A stretch of 64,000 bases of DNA, from NCBI GenBank assembly GCA_965218795.1, contig OZ244653.1:3616001-3680000 (forward strand). The letters are read 5' to 3'. The position numbers and the translations under genes are program-made. Below, piece by piece: positions 30,128-40,665 of the stretch; the stretch's first letter is position 1, and each line of letters begins with the position of its first letter. The notes under the pieces were generated by a model that saw only the letters and a program-made list of their open reading frames with translations, searched no databases and was not told where the DNA came from. Source of the DNA: a bacterium (GTDB lineage: Bacteria > UBA8248 > JACPRG01 > G963555815).

Positions 30128-30613
30128 ATGTGGGATGGGCTGAAACCTGGACCTCAATATGAGCAATTGAGCCAAGCCATCATCCAGGCCATTCTCTCCT
30201 CGTCGGAGGTTCAGGCCCTGGTGGCGGATCTTCACGAGAAGGGCGGTCTCGAAGCGGAAGACATCGTCGCCTTGGCCCTGCGCTTCCCGCCGCAGGGGGG
30301 GCTGGAGGCCAAGGTTGAACTCATGCGACGGAGCGAAGGCGAAGAATCCGGGGAGCCGGTGGAAGAGGAAGCGGGCGCGATGGATCTGGAAGAAGAATTC
30401 TCCGGGCAGGACACCGATTCCGGGTTCAAGCCCAGGGGCTCCATGAATTCCCGATCGCCGAACGAAATCGCTTTTGAGAATTTCCTCCGAGATCGGTTCG
30501 ACAGCGAGGCCTGGATGAAGAAGGTAGGCATCCGGTTTTTAAAGGGGAAAGATTCAGGGATTTTTCTCAACGAAGGAGAATCCCCGATGGAGGAATCGGA
30601 GCAACCCGGCTGA
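30128..30613 (+). CDS. Acidic hypothetical protein
   Basis: 161-aa ORF with aaagga RBS, candidate promoter and downstream terminator. Confidence 0.65.
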   Translation: MWDGLKPGPQYEQLSQAIIQAILSSSEVQALVADLHEKGGLEAEDIVALALRFPPQGGLEAKVELMRRSEGEESGEPVEEEAGAMDLEEEFSGQDTDSGFKPRGSMNSRSPNEIAFENFLRDRFDSEAWMKKVGIRFLKGKDSGIFLNEGESPMEESEQPG

Positions 30614-30658
30614 AGGCAATCTGCGCCAAACCGAGCGTTGACGATATTAAGAGACGAT

Positions 30659-30694
30659 ATAAGAAAGGGACCCGGATCCGGGTCCCTTTCTTAT
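30659..30694. terminator. Bidirectional terminator-like perfect 36-bp palindrome
   Basis: ataagaaagggacccgga|tccgggtccctttcttat between convergent genes. Confidence 0.8.
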
Positions 30695-30747
30695 TGCGCG
30701 AATCTGTTGCAAGGCGATCGCGAGAGCGCCGCGCCCGTCCCCGAATG

Positions 30748-31092
30748 CTATTTCTGGACGACGATCCTTCCCTCCATCGAAGGATGGATGGAGCAGTTGT
30801 ACGTGTACTCCCCGGGATTGGCAAACGTGATTTTCATATTCCGCCCCTGGCTGAGAGATTCGGTGTCGAACGCTCCCTTTGCCGCCCGGGTTGCGGTGTG
30901 CGGGACATCGTCCCGGTTGACAAAAAGCACCGTATCTCCGGCCTTGATTGTCAAACTCGCCGGGGAGAAGGCGAAATTCGCAATGATGACCCTGTGCTCA
31001 GCCGCTCCGGACGGGGAAGCCAGCCCCATCAGCAGGCACAGGCAGACCGCCGCCATTCCCATCAATCCCGAGACGAACCTCTTGTTTCGCAT
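30748..31092 (-). CDS. Cupredoxin (amicyanin/plastocyanin-like blue copper protein)
   Basis: Signal peptide; FAFSP..IKAGDTV..N.D..PHT, YNCSIHPSM (type 1 Cu ligands H,C,H,M). Confidence 0.9.
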   Translation of the reverse strand: MRNKRFVSGLMGMAAVCLCLLMGLASPSGAAEHRVIIANFAFSPASLTIKAGDTVLFVNRDDVPHTATRAAKGAFDTESLSQGRNMKITFANPGEYTYNCSIHPSMEGRIVVQK

Positions 31093-31266
31093 CTCCGTTA
31101 GCCCCTGATCGGAGGTTTCGTTTTCAGGCGGCTGTGGGCCGCCCTGTTGAGGCAGCTTCATTCCGCGAACGTTTCAAGGGAAACTTTATTCCTCGCCTCG
31201 CGAGGACAAATCCGGCCAGGAAAAAGTTCGCTTCTCTTGATGAGTCCGGCGATTCCTCCGGCCGCG

Positions 31267-32940
31267 TCAGACCGTGACGGCCCCCTCCGACGCCGAGGAG
31301 ACAAGCTTGGCGTACTTCGCCATCACCCCGCTGGTGTAATGGGGCTCGGGCGGAGCCCACGCATTCAGGCGGGATTGGATCTCCTCATCGGAGAGCGCTA
31401 CCGAAAGCTTGCGGTTGGGCACGTCGAAATGGATGGTGTCGTCGTCCCGGACCGCCGCAATCGGGCCGCCGTTGGCTGCTTCGGGGGCAACGTGACCCGC
31501 CATCAACCCGTGGGTCGCGCCCGAGAACCGTCCGTCCGTCAAGAGCGCGACGGATTCGCCCAGTCCCTCCCCGATCAAAGCCGCGGTGACGGCGAGCATC
31601 TCGCGCATGCCTGGGCCTCCTTTGGGGCCCTCGTACCGGATGACCATGACGTCCCCGGGCCGGATCTCCTGGCGGGTGACCGCCGCAAAGGCGTCCTCCT
31701 CCCGATCGAACACGCGCGCCGGTCCTTCGTGGGTCAGCTTTTTCTTTCCGGCGATCTTCATGATGCAGCCATCGGGGGTCAGGTTGCCCTTCAGGACGAC
31801 GAGACCTCCGTTTTGCGCGAGCGGCGCGTCCAGGGAAGCCACCACGTCCTGCCCCGGGGTCTCCTCGGCGCCCCGGGCCTCCTCCCCGATGGTTCGGCCG
31901 CTGACGGTCATCTCGTTTTCGTTCAGAACGCCCGCGTCGAGCAGCCTCCTGGCGATCAATGCGGTTCCGCCCGCGGCGAACATGTCCGTGGCGACGTACC
32001 TTCCCCACGGTTTCAGGTTGGCCAGCAGCGGCGTCTTTTGGCTGATGGTGTCAAAATCCTCCATGGCCAGCGCGACGCCCATCTCTTTGGCGATCGCGAG
32101 GAGGTGGAGCACCCCGTTCGTGGAGCCGCCGGTCGCCGCGATCGAGGCGATGGCGTTCTCTAGGGATCCCCGGGTAATGATCCGGCTGGGACGCAAGTCG
32201 TCTTTCAGGATCTCCATGATCTGGCGCCCGACCTGCCGGCAAACCTCGTCCTTCTTGGGGTTCGTGGCGGGCACGCAGGAGCTGCCCATAACGGAGATGC
32301 CCAGGCATTCCATGGCCGTCGACATGGTATTGGCCGTGAACTGGCCCCCGCAGGCCCCCGGGCCGGGACAGGCGCTGCATTCCAGGTCATAGAGCTCCGC
32401 GTCCGTCATCGTCCCGGCTGCATGGGCGCCCACGCCTTCAAAGACGTCCTGGATGGTGACGTCGCGATCCTGGAATCGGCCGGGGTCGATGGAGCCGCCG
32501 TAGAGCATCAGGGCCGGGATGTCCAGCCGGGCCAGCGCCATGACCGTGCCCGGGATGGTCTTGTCGCACCCGGAAAGCGCGATCACGCCGTCAAACAGGT
32601 GGCCCCGCGCGACGAGCTCGATGGAGTCGGCGATGACCTCACGGCTGACGAGCGAAGCCTTCATCCCCTCCGTGCCCATCGTAATCCCGTCGGAGATGAC
32701 GACCGAGTTGTACTCCATGGGGGTGCCCCCGGCTTCCCGGACGCCCTCCTTCACCTTTTCGGCCAATTCCCTCAGGTGATAGTTGCAGGGCGTCACCTCG
32801 GTCCAGGTGTTCGCAATCCCGATCAGGGGTTTTTTGAGAGCGTCATCGTCAAAGCCGCACGCCCTGAGCATCGCGCGGGCGGGGGCGTGGTCCCAGCCGT
32901 CGGTGATGGCGCGGCTCCTGCTTTTCGGGTCAACGGTCAT
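31267..32940 (-). CDS. ilvD: Dihydroxy-acid dehydratase
   Basis: [62 protein letters not shown]. Confidence 0.95.
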   Translation of the reverse strand: MTVDPKSRSRAITDGWDHAPARAMLRACGFDDDALKKPLIGIANTWTEVTPCNYHLRELAEKVKEGVREAGGTPMEYNSVVISDGITMGTEGMKASLVSREVIADSIELVARGHLFDGVIALSGCDKTIPGTVMALARLDIPALMLYGGSIDPGRFQDRDVTIQDVFEGVGAHAAGTMTDAELYDLECSACPGPGACGGQFTANTMSTAMECLGISVMGSSCVPATNPKKDEVCRQVGRQIMEILKDDLRPSRIITRGSLENAIASIAATGGSTNGVLHLLAIAKEMGVALAMEDFDTISQKTPLLANLKPWGRYVATDMFAAGGTALIARRLLDAGVLNENEMTVSGRTIGEEARGAEETPGQDVVASLDAPLAQNGGLVVLKGNLTPDGCIMKIAGKKKLTHEGPARVFDREEDAFAAVTRQEIRPGDVMVIRYEGPKGGPGMREMLAVTAALIGEGLGESVALLTDGRFSGATHGLMAGHVAPEAANGGPIAAVRDDDTIHFDVPNRKLSVALSDEEIQSRLNAWAPPEPHYTSGVMAKYAKLVSSASEGAVTV

Positions 32941-33360
32941 GGCTGCCTCCTCGCGGGCTTGTCCATTCGAAGCGGACAAGCATTTCGTCCACACCGGAGC
33001 GTCCATCGACGCCGGGTCTGTGGATTGTCCGCCGAAAATGCGCAGAGTTCAGACGAAATACCCCGCCCCGTCCGACTGAATTCGGGGGCGCCATGCGGCC
33101 CGCGCGTGGGCGGTCCACTCTCGGGGTCATTCAATTGTAGCGGGAATCCCGGATAAAGAGAATAGCGGGGGCCGTACGGAATATGAAGGCGGGGCCGTGA
33201 CATCCTCAACGGATCTGGAATGGACCGATTTTTTTTCATCCAGCGATCGGGATCAGAGAGGGCCTTGTCGGATGAATCGGCGTGCCCTATCTTGGTGAAG
33301 ATAAGAGGGGTTGAAGAACTCGAATTTCAACTTGACTCGCTTCCAATGGATTTGTGAAAA

Positions 33361-36012
33361 ATGACGGGCGACGAGATTCGCGAAAAGTTCCTCGATTATT
33401 TCGGACGCAGCGGCCACCAGAAGGTGAAGAGCGATTCCCTTGTGCCTGCCGGGGATCCAACGCTGATGTTTGCCAACGCCGGCATGGTGCAGTTCAAGAA
33501 TGTATTCACCGGAGAGGATAAGCGGGACTATTCCCGGGCCGCCTCTTCGCAGAAGTGCATGCGGGTGAGCGGGAAACACAACGACCTCGAGCAGGTGGGC
33601 TACACCGCACGCCATCACACCTTCTTCGAAATGCTGGGGAACTTCTCTTTCGGGGACTACTTCAAGGAGGAGGCCATCCGCTTCGGCTGGGAATTCCTCG
33701 TGGATGAGATGGGCCTGCCGGGCGATCGCATGTGGGCGTCCGTCTATCACGAGGATGAAGAGGCCCATCGCATCTGGAACGAGGCGGTCGGCGTCCCGGA
33801 ATCGCGCATCCTCAGGCTCGGCGAGAAAGACAATTTCTGGTCCATGGGCGACACCGGCCCGTGCGGTCCCTGTTCGGAGATGATTCTCCAGCTTCACCCG
33901 CGCGAGGACGCGGATTCGCCGCTGACCGAGGAAGAGCTGGACGGCGACGGCTTTCTCGAGATCTGGAATCTCGTCTTTATGCAGTTCGACCAGTCCGCCG
34001 CCGGCAGGCGGACCCCGCTGCCCAAGCCCAGCATCGACACGGGCATGGGGCTGGAGCGCCTCGCATCCGTCGTCCAGAACGTCGCGGGCAACTTCCACAC
34101 GGACCTGTTGTTCCCCATCATCCGGGCGACGGAAGAGTGGACCGAAACGCGCTACGACCTGGAGGGGGATTTTTACTCCCGCGCCAATATGAACTTTCGG
34201 GTCATCGCCGACCATGCCCGCGCCACGTGTTTTCTGATCGGGGACGGGATCATGCCCTCCAACGAAGGGAGGGGCTACGTTCTCCGGCGCATCCTTCGGC
34301 GCGCTGCGAGGCACGGGCGGATGCTGGGTATCGAAGATCCCTTCCTGTATCGAGCGGTCGGCACGGTGGCCGACGTCATGAAGACCGCCTATCCGGAGCT
34401 GACGGACGACTTGAGCTACATTTCCCGCGTGACCCTGGCGGAGGAGGATCGTTTCGCCCATACCCTGAGCCAGGGCCTCCCCATCCTGACCGACCTGATT
34501 GCGGCGGCCAAGGACAACAGCGGGGTGATTGACGGACAGGCGGTGTTCCAGCTCTATGACACGCACGGATTTCCGGTGGACCTGGCCGCGGACGCCGCTC
34601 AGGAAGAGGGGCTTCAGATCGACCGGGCCGCATTCGACGCCGCCATGGAGGGCCAGCGGGAGCGCGCCCGGGCCTCCTGGAAGGGGTTTGCGGAGTCGGC
34701 GGCGGCGCCCGCCCATCAATCCCTGGCCGAGGATTTCCCCGCGTCCGGGTTCGTCGGCTATGAGCAATGGAAGACCGACGCAAAGGTTCTGGCCGTCCTG
34801 AAGGATGGAGGGCGGGCCGATGAGGCGTCGGAAGGGGAGCGGGCCGAAGTCCTTCTGGACCGGACCCCGTTTTACGCTGAGTCGGGCGGACAGATCGGGG
34901 ACCGCGGGGTTCTGGAAGCCGAGGGCCTGCGGTTTGAGGTGGAAGACTGTCAGGCCCCTGTGCCCGGCTACCGGATGCATGTCGGCATATTGCGGCGGGG
35001 AACCCTCCGTGTCGGGGTCGAGGTCGAGGCCACCGTTGATGCCGGAAGCAGAAGCTCCACCCAGCTCAATCACACGGCGACTCACCTGCTCCAGGCCGCC
35101 CTTCGGGACGTTCTCGGCGACCATGTGAAACAGGCCGGTTCCCTGGTGGCGCCGGACCGGCTCCGGTTCGATTACACGCACTTCTCCGCCATGAGCCCGA
35201 GGGAGCGGGAGCGCGTCGAGGAGATCGTCAACGATCACATTCGGGCCAACGCGCCCGTCCGCTGGTCGGAGATCCCCATCGACGAGGCCCTCGCCCAGGG
35301 GGCCACGGCGCTGTTTGGAGAAAAGTACGGCGACGTCGTCCGCATGGTGTCCGTCGATTCGATCAGCAAGGAGCTTTGCGGGGGCACCCACACGGCGGCC
35401 TCCGGCGATATCGGACTGTTCAAGATCGTTCATGAGGGGAGCGTGTCATCGGGCGTCCGGCGGATTGAGGCCGTCACCGGGGGCGAAGCGCTCGGTCATG
35501 TGCGGAAAGAGGAAGAGGAGCTGGCGCGCGTCGGCGAGCTGCTGAAGACGTCTCCCCGCCAGGCGTCGGAGCGGGTGGAGAAGCTTCTGGAGGAGCAAAG
35601 ACGGCTGGAGAAGGAGCTCCAGGCGCTCAAGCAGCGGCTGGCCCGCGGCGAAACCCATGATTTGGTCAAGGGCGCACGGGAGGTCGGCGGCGCGCGGGTG
35701 GTCGCCGCGCAGGTCGATGAGTCGAACCCCAAGGGTCTTCGGGAATTGGTCGACGCGCTCAAAGGGAGGCTCAAGTCGGGCATCGTTGTGCTGGCGGCCG
35801 ATGTCGGAGGCAAGGCGGCCCTGGCCGCGGGCGTGACCCAAGACCTGACGGACCGGTTCCACGCGGGAGATATCCTGAAGGAGGCCGCAAAGGCCGTCGG
35901 CGGCAAAGGCGGGGGCCGTCCCGACATGGCCCAGGCGGGCGGCAAGGACGCCGGGAGGATCGGGGAGGCTTTGGAGAAGGCCGTTCAGTTCATCGAAAAC
36001 ACGGCGGGATGA
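33361..36012 (+). CDS. alaS: Alanine--tRNA ligase
   Basis: FANAGMVQFK, RHHTFFEMLGNFS, GPCGPCSE, DTGMGLER, NHTATHLL, ELCGGTH, GGGRPDMAQAGG. Confidence 0.97.
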   Translation: MTGDEIREKFLDYFGRSGHQKVKSDSLVPAGDPTLMFANAGMVQFKNVFTGEDKRDYSRAASSQKCMRVSGKHNDLEQVGYTARHHTFFEMLGNFSFGDYFKEEAIRFGWEFLVDEMGLPGDRMWASVYHEDEEAHRIWNEAVGVPESRILRLGEKDNFWSMGDTGPCGPCSEMILQLHPREDADSPLTEEELDGDGFLEIWNLVFMQFDQSAAGRRTPLPKPSIDTGMGLERLASVVQNVAGNFHTDLLFPIIRATEEWTETRYDLEGDFYSRANMNFRVIADHARATCFLIGDGIMPSNEGRGYVLRRILRRAARHGRMLGIEDPFLYRAVGTVADVMKTAYPELTDDLSYISRVTLAEEDRFAHTLSQGLPILTDLIAAAKDNSGVIDGQAVFQLYDTHGFPVDLAADAAQEEGLQIDRAAFDAAMEGQRERARASWKGFAESAAAPAHQSLAEDFPASGFVGYEQWKTDAKVLAVLKDGGRADEASEGERAEVLLDRTPFYAESGGQIGDRGVLEAEGLRFEVEDCQAPVPGYRMHVGILRRGTLRVGVEVEATVDAGSRSSTQLNHTATHLLQAALRDVLGDHVKQAGSLVAPDRLRFDYTHFSAMSPRERERVEEIVNDHIRANAPVRWSEIPIDEALAQGATALFGEKYGDVVRMVSVDSISKELCGGTHTAASGDIGLFKIVHEGSVSSGVRRIEAVTGGEALGHVRKEEEELARVGELLKTSPRQASERVEKLLEEQRRLEKELQALKQRLARGETHDLVKGAREVGGARVVAAQVDESNPKGLRELVDALKGRLKSGIVVLAADVGGKAALAAGVTQDLTDRFHAGDILKEAAKAVGGKGGGRPDMAQAGGKDAGRIGEALEKAVQFIENTAG

Positions 36013-36021
36013 CTTTTTTGC

Positions 36022-36135
36022 GGGGCAGGCACGGCCTGCTCCGGTTTCGCCGGGCACAAGACTTCCGTTCAGTTCGATACCCTCCTCCAGCCCGGCTGCG
36101 GTACTTTTGAGAAGCCCGGAAATCGCGGAGGACCG
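36022..36135 (-). repeat. Copy of dispersed repeat family
   Basis: ggggcaggcacggcctgctccggtttcgccg is the reverse complement of the 3' end of the 47.6-48.0 kb units (2 mismatches) and near-identical to 15622 onward. Confidence 0.8.
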
Positions 36136-36214
36136 TCGCAGACGAAAGGGAGAGCCCCCGCTTCGCTCGGACAGGCTCCGCCCCTCCCTGAAAATCCTGG
36201 AGGCGCGTTCTCTT

Positions 36215-36496
36215 TTGGATATCGATAAGCCTTTGGCCGTCGAAATCGAGATCGAGAAAGAGAAAGCCGAGGCCCTTGGGCGGACGGGACGAAAGCTCGA
36301 ATCCTGCGTCCAGAAGGTCCGGGAGATCGAAGCGGGCTGGCGGGGTTCGCTCGACTCTCTCAAGCGGCAGAAGGCCTACCGCCTGGCGGTGGAGCGGGCT
36401 CATCGTTACAAGTATTACCTGATCGTTCAACGGGAGGCCGTGGGCCTGACGGCCCATCAAGACGTCGAGCGCCTGTACGCCCTTCCAGAGCTGTAA
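36215..36496 (+). CDS. Small conserved protein, DUF6665-like
   Basis: ggagg RBS then TTG; EKAEALGRTGRKLE..YLIVQREAVGL..H..V...Y..P pattern (family recalled, not searched). Confidence 0.65.
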   Translation: MDIDKPLAVEIEIEKEKAEALGRTGRKLESCVQKVREIEAGWRGSLDSLKRQKAYRLAVERAHRYKYYLIVQREAVGLTAHQDVERLYALPEL

Positions 36497-36522
36497 CCCA
36501 TCGCATTCACGAAGAAGCCGCC

Positions 36523-37326
36523 TTGAGACTTTACGGCTGGATCGGCCTGGCCATCCTGGTCCTCGCCGAGACTCTTCTGTTCGCCGGAAACCCCGTGGCG
36601 GCGGCCAACATGACGCCGGTCGCCTGGACAGGGTACATCCTGCTGGCGGACGCCGTCGTCTTCCGCCTCGCGGGCCAATCCTGGCTGATGACCCGAAGGC
36701 GGGAGTTCTGGCATCTCCTGCCCGTCTCGGTGATTTCCTGGCTCATTTACGAGTTCTACAACTACAGGATGCAGGGGTGGCATTACATCGGCCTCCCCGA
36801 CGATACCTGGGCCAGGGGGTTCGGCTACTTCTGGGCGTTTGCGACGATCTTTCCGGGATTGTTCGTGACCGCGGATCTGCTGCTGGCTCTCCGGTGGTTC
36901 CGAAGGTTCCGGGGGAGGCCGAGACCCTGGTCGGCCCAAACGCTGCGCGTATTGTTCACCTTGGGCTTCATCTGCCTGGCTGTCCCGCTGCTCTATCCTT
37001 CCGGCTATCTCTGGGCGCTCGTGTGGGTCGGGACGGTGTTTTTTCTGGGTCCCATCAATTTGATGTACGCGCCGGACAGCCTCTTCCGCGATTTCGCCGA
37101 AGGGGATTACGAGCGAATCGCCGCGCTTTTCGCAGGCGGTATCATCTGCGGTTTTCTATGGGAGCTCTGGAACTTCTGGGCGACCGCCAAGTGGTACTAC
37201 ACCGTGCCCATCCTCTCGGACGTGAAGATCTTTGAAATGCCCGTCGTCGGTTTTCTGGGCTTCCCCCCCTTCGCCCTGGAGTGCTTCGCCATGTACCAGA
37301 CGGCCCGCGCGATCCTGAGGTTCTAG
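36523..37326 (+). CDS. Integral membrane protein, unknown function
   Basis: Multiple TM helices; WLIYEFYN..WHYIG, CGFLWELWNFW..KWYY..FEMPVVGFLGFPPFALE. Confidence 0.75.
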   Translation: MRLYGWIGLAILVLAETLLFAGNPVAAANMTPVAWTGYILLADAVVFRLAGQSWLMTRRREFWHLLPVSVISWLIYEFYNYRMQGWHYIGLPDDTWARGFGYFWAFATIFPGLFVTADLLLALRWFRRFRGRPRPWSAQTLRVLFTLGFICLAVPLLYPSGYLWALVWVGTVFFLGPINLMYAPDSLFRDFAEGDYERIAALFAGGIICGFLWELWNFWATAKWYYTVPILSDVKIFEMPVVGFLGFPPFALECFAMYQTARAILRF

Positions 37327-37327
37327 G

Positions 37328-37518
37328 TGTCCTCTAAATCTTCTTTCCGTGCGATTTTACATTGCAAGGAGGTCTTTTTTATGGGACGAACGGCAACCGG
37401 GGCTGCAAGCGGTGGGAAGCGCGTTGCGGCGAGCCAGCTTGCCGAGCATCCACTGAGCGTTCTGGAGTTGGTGCACGAACTGAGCAACGTCTCGGAGGCC
37501 TGCCCCCGAGTATTGTAG
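37328..37518 (+). mobile_element. IS481-family transposase 5' remnant
   Basis: aaggagg + ATG 37381; QLAEHPLSVLELVHELSNVSEAC resembles the IS481 N-terminal HTH (RLSVLELA..LGNVSEAC); stops after 45 codons; TGT at 37328. Confidence 0.6.
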
Positions 37519-37526
37519 TCGGGAAA

Positions 37527-37694
37527 TGGATTCCTGCTACAGCCTGCCAGCTTACCCCCCCCTGAATTCCTGCCTGCGCAGGAATGACAGTCAGGGGCAG
37601 GGGGCGTGTCCCCCAGTGTTTTAGTCGAGGCAGGAATGACAGAGCAGGACCATGCAACCCCCCGTCTTGTCATTCCCGCGCAGGCGGGAATCCA
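37527..37694. repeat. Second cluster of REP-like palindromes
   Basis: tgaattcctgcctgcgcaggaatgaca (37563-37589), gcaggaatgaca (37630-37641), inverted tgtcattcccgcgcaggcgggaatcca (37668-37694). Confidence 0.8.
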
Positions 37695-37752
37695 CACCGA
37701 ACGACCCCATCCGGCGCATCGCAACAATCAAATCATTCGTCAGACAAGAAGG

Positions 37753-38676
37753 TTAAGGGATATCATCATCAAAATCTGGTTCAAAGTCATCTGCTGGGTC
37801 CACGGTTTCTTCGATAATATTTTCACCATACTTTTCGGCAAGAAATCGTTCCCTATATAAGTAGAAAGCAGCATCACAAATCTTGTTGGTGTAATAGGCA
37901 TTAAAACTGCCCCCCACTACTGCACCTGTCACAGGAACCACTTGGGCTAATTTAGCTTTAGTAAGACGTATGCCGAGCGAAGAAGCAATTGTTTTAATGA
38001 TTGTTACAAAAGAATGCTTCTCTAAATCTTGCCACGCCTTCTTTTTAGCAACATCTTTCGCAATCCTAACGAGTTGAGCCATTGCGACTTGCTTGGCAGC
38101 GTCATTTGGGCTTGATGCTAACCCCAAAATATTCAGGGCAAACAATCTTTCCTGTTGAGATGAAATATCAAATCCATAATAGGTAGCATATTCTCCAATT
38201 GCTCGCTGATTTAGTGTAATAAGAGCTACAATATCAGGAGGGATTCCTGGTAAACCAACAGACCCCGCCCCCGCCCCTTCGGCAGTTGCAAGGGTTTTGT
38301 ATTTTGCTGACAACCAACCACATACCCTGTCGGCATCTTCTAAATCCAATGTGAATATGTCGCTCGGTGCTTCGATGTGCTCAAAACCGGCTTTTTGATA
38401 TTGTTTGTATATTGCATCGGGGCGAACTGTCCATGCAGCCAAATCATTAAGCAAACCAACCAAGCCACCTATAGCTTTTTCAATTACCCAATTAACACCT
38501 GGCGCTTCTGTTATCAGGTCTCCCGCTTTTTTAAGAGGCCAATTAATAACTTCCATAGTTTTTCCGAACCAGCCAATTTGTGGATTTTTCCACTCATGGA
38601 TGCTTGAAATTGCTAATCTTTCGTATTCACTTGGTCCATTTTTTATGAGGTGGCTCCGGTTCTGAGATGGTCCCAC
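37753..38676 (-). CDS. EcsC-family protein (AT-rich, horizontally acquired; start uncertain)
   Basis: EGAGAG..GLPGIPPDIVAL..RAIGEYATYYGFD..ER, KLAQVVPVTGAVVGGSFN..ERFL; markedly low GC. Confidence 0.8.
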   Translation of the reverse strand: MGPSQNRSHLIKNGPSEYERLAISSIHEWKNPQIGWFGKTMEVINWPLKKAGDLITEAPGVNWVIEKAIGGLVGLLNDLAAWTVRPDAIYKQYQKAGFEHIEAPSDIFTLDLEDADRVCGWLSAKYKTLATAEGAGAGSVGLPGIPPDIVALITLNQRAIGEYATYYGFDISSQQERLFALNILGLASSPNDAAKQVAMAQLVRIAKDVAKKKAWQDLEKHSFVTIIKTIASSLGIRLTKAKLAQVVPVTGAVVGGSFNAYYTNKICDAAFYLYRERFLAEKYGENIIEETVDPADDFEPDFDDDIP

Positions 38677-38740
38677 TTTCTTGGACAGTCTGGCGGCTGA
38701 TGTTAAGGTGTATTTCGATTGTCGATCAAGCCGCCAGAAT
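38646..38740 (-). mobile_element. IS3-family right-end remnant, possibly nested in a second IS end
   Basis: Minus strand ctggcggcttga..atacaccttaacatcagccgccagactgtccaagaaagtgggaccatctca resembles IS3-family ends; a similar tgaggtggctccggtt lies at 38646-38661. Confidence 0.5.
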
Positions 38741-38833
38741 CTCTTCGAAATCGATCTCCTGCATTCCAGGCTTGTAACGCGATAGGAATATTCTTTCGAT
38801 GATTGCGGAATAGGTTCCCTTGCGTTGGTTCAC
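38726..38833 (-). pseudogene. Truncated 5' end of the gene downstream of the methyltransferase, probably the cognate restriction endonuclease
   Basis: GTG 4 nt after the MTase stop, ggag RBS; VNQRKGTYSAIIERIFLSRYKPGMQEIDFE then runs into the IS end. Confidence 0.5.
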
Positions 38834-38837
38834 AACC

Positions 38838-40190
38838 TTATTCTCCAGGCCAATGGAGGAGAACGACTTCCTCTCGAAGTTCCGACCTCGTTGCCGTTGC
38901 CCTTCTGGTTCGGAATAAGTCGATACCTGTCACGTCATAACCGAGGGACTCGGCAATGTCCGCCAATAGCCGCCCGGTCCGGATCATGACTCTGAAATAC
39001 GAGGCTTGATCGCCTGCAACATATGCAAGTTGAGCGCCGGGACGAAGTATCGAGCGGAGATCCGAAAGGTGCCGCATCATCCCTCCGAAATACAGCCTTG
39101 CGACTCTTCCATAAAGCCGTTCAAAGCCGGAGGTCTTCTTCAGTTCTGTCCGCCGGTCTTCGATGGTCTCCGCAAGCTGCTGTATCTCCTTGTGATCCGC
39201 GACGATCAGATCGTCCGTGTCATCTTGATATACGTTACGGGTGTTGGACCTGACCAAATGCTGTTTGAGTTCCCGCAACTCTTGCCTGTTTCTGATAAAG
39301 CCCAAAAGAACGGATTCGAGGCGAGTCGTCCTGGTGTAATCCTTCTCGTTCGGATAAGGAGGCGAAGTGATCACTGCATCAACAGAACGTGGAGGGAGGA
39401 TCTCCCCAAGGGTTCGCGCGTCTCCCTGATGAACGGCTGCTTCGGTTCTGTTACGGCAACTCGGTTTTTTCAGGTCTTCCGCCATGCTCTCAACCCCATG
39501 CAGCCAGGAGGAGAGTACAGGGGCATCGGTCTTCGGAGGTCCAACGCCGACTTCCGGCCCGAAACGCAGGTTGCCAATTCCAGAGACGAGCGCCCGCGCC
39601 AACGCCAACCGTTCGTGATCATGAAATCGATGGTCTTTGTTCTCTTCCAAGGTTTCAAGGAGAACCAATGACTTGTGCAGAGGCAAGGGGCTTATGGAAT
39701 TTTTCAAAAGAAGTTTTGAGGTTTCTTCCGGCAGGCGTCGAAGGCTGCTCTCTGAAACGGTTTCTTCTCCCCCTGAAAATAAAGGAAGGTCCCCTCCTTC
39801 ATGGATTCCTGCGTCCTTGAGCTTTTTCGAGGCGATTCGGGAAACCTTTTTCGCGTGATGGAGCAGGCCGGCAGGGTCAATGTCCCAGTTCACTTTGACC
39901 TTGGTGGCGAAACCGGCCATTGGATTCACTTCAACCCCGAAGCTCGGGATTCCATGCTTTTTGCACTCTACGAGGGTTGTCCCGGTTCCGCAGAAAGGAT
40001 CCAGAACGCGCATTTCCCGGTTTACGCCCAATCGGCTCAGGTATTGCCTGACAAGGTGTGGAGGAAACGCAAGAACGAATCGATACCAATCGTGAGCAGC
40101 GCGATCGTCACGCTTGACTTTATTGTCTTCACGCTTGGCGACGAAAACCTGCTCCTCTGCCGTTCTCACGGTGAAGAAAACCCCATCCAT
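38838..40190 (-). CDS. Amino-DNA methyltransferase, probably N4-cytosine (motif I before SPPY)
   Basis: HDWYRFVLAFPPHLV, VLDPFCGTGTT (motif I), VITSPPYPN (motif IV). Confidence 0.88.
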   Translation of the reverse strand: MDGVFFTVRTAEEQVFVAKREDNKVKRDDRAAHDWYRFVLAFPPHLVRQYLSRLGVNREMRVLDPFCGTGTTLVECKKHGIPSFGVEVNPMAGFATKVKVNWDIDPAGLLHHAKKVSRIASKKLKDAGIHEGGDLPLFSGGEETVSESSLRRLPEETSKLLLKNSISPLPLHKSLVLLETLEENKDHRFHDHERLALARALVSGIGNLRFGPEVGVGPPKTDAPVLSSWLHGVESMAEDLKKPSCRNRTEAAVHQGDARTLGEILPPRSVDAVITSPPYPNEKDYTRTTRLESVLLGFIRNRQELRELKQHLVRSNTRNVYQDDTDDLIVADHKEIQQLAETIEDRRTELKKTSGFERLYGRVARLYFGGMMRHLSDLRSILRPGAQLAYVAGDQASYFRVMIRTGRLLADIAESLGYDVTGIDLFRTRRATATRSELREEVVLLHWPGE

Positions 40191-40239
40191 ACGGGTCGAA
40201 GAGGGTTTGTCGAAGCGGAGTCCAATGAAAATGCGGGAT

Positions 40240-40665
40240 TCAAATCCGTCCCAGCCAGACCCCCAAAAAGAAGACGATCACGAACAGGTGGATGTTGATG
40301 ATCATCCAGCGCCTGCGGTTTTGCTTCATTGATTGAAACGCCTTGCCGGGCAGCGTCAGTGCGATGGCGATGGTGAAGATGACGATGGCCAGGATGATCT
40401 TGATCCCCAATATGGAATGGTAGAGGGGGCTCGGGACAGCGGTCATCACCACGATGATCATCCAGATGCCCGTGATGATGAGAAGGGCGATGGCGATCCA
40501 GATCATCCGGCTGAACCGGACCGTGACGCTCTCCATCAACTTGCCGGACGCCTCTGAGTCGATCCGGCCCGCGGACGGCATCAGCGCCCAGAGCACAAAA
40601 GCCACCCCGCCAAAGGCGATGGCTGCCGACATCACGTGAAGAAATTTCGCGATCACAAAATCCAC
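40240..40665 (-). CDS. Four-TM membrane protein (CopD/DUF4149-like)
   Basis: FLHVMSAAIAFGGVAF..L.P..RFS..W..I..L..TG..LGIKIILA; ggag RBS. Confidence 0.65.
   Translation of the reverse strand: MDFVIAKFLHVMSAAIAFGGVAFVLWALMPSAGRIDSEASGKLMESVTVRFSRMIWIAIALLIITGIWMIIVVMTAVPSPLYHSILGIKIILAIVIFTIAIALTLPGKAFQSMKQNRRRWMIINIHLFVIVFFLGVWLGRI

Noticed and set aside
33007-33360. T-box or other leader upstream of alaS
   Set aside because: No T-box consensus (GGTGGNACCGCG) or terminator/antiterminator visible
15622-36135. The repeat as a regulator specific to aminoacyl-tRNA genes (it follows both gatC and alaS)
   Set aside because: Other family members follow unrelated genes, so the pairing is probably coincidental
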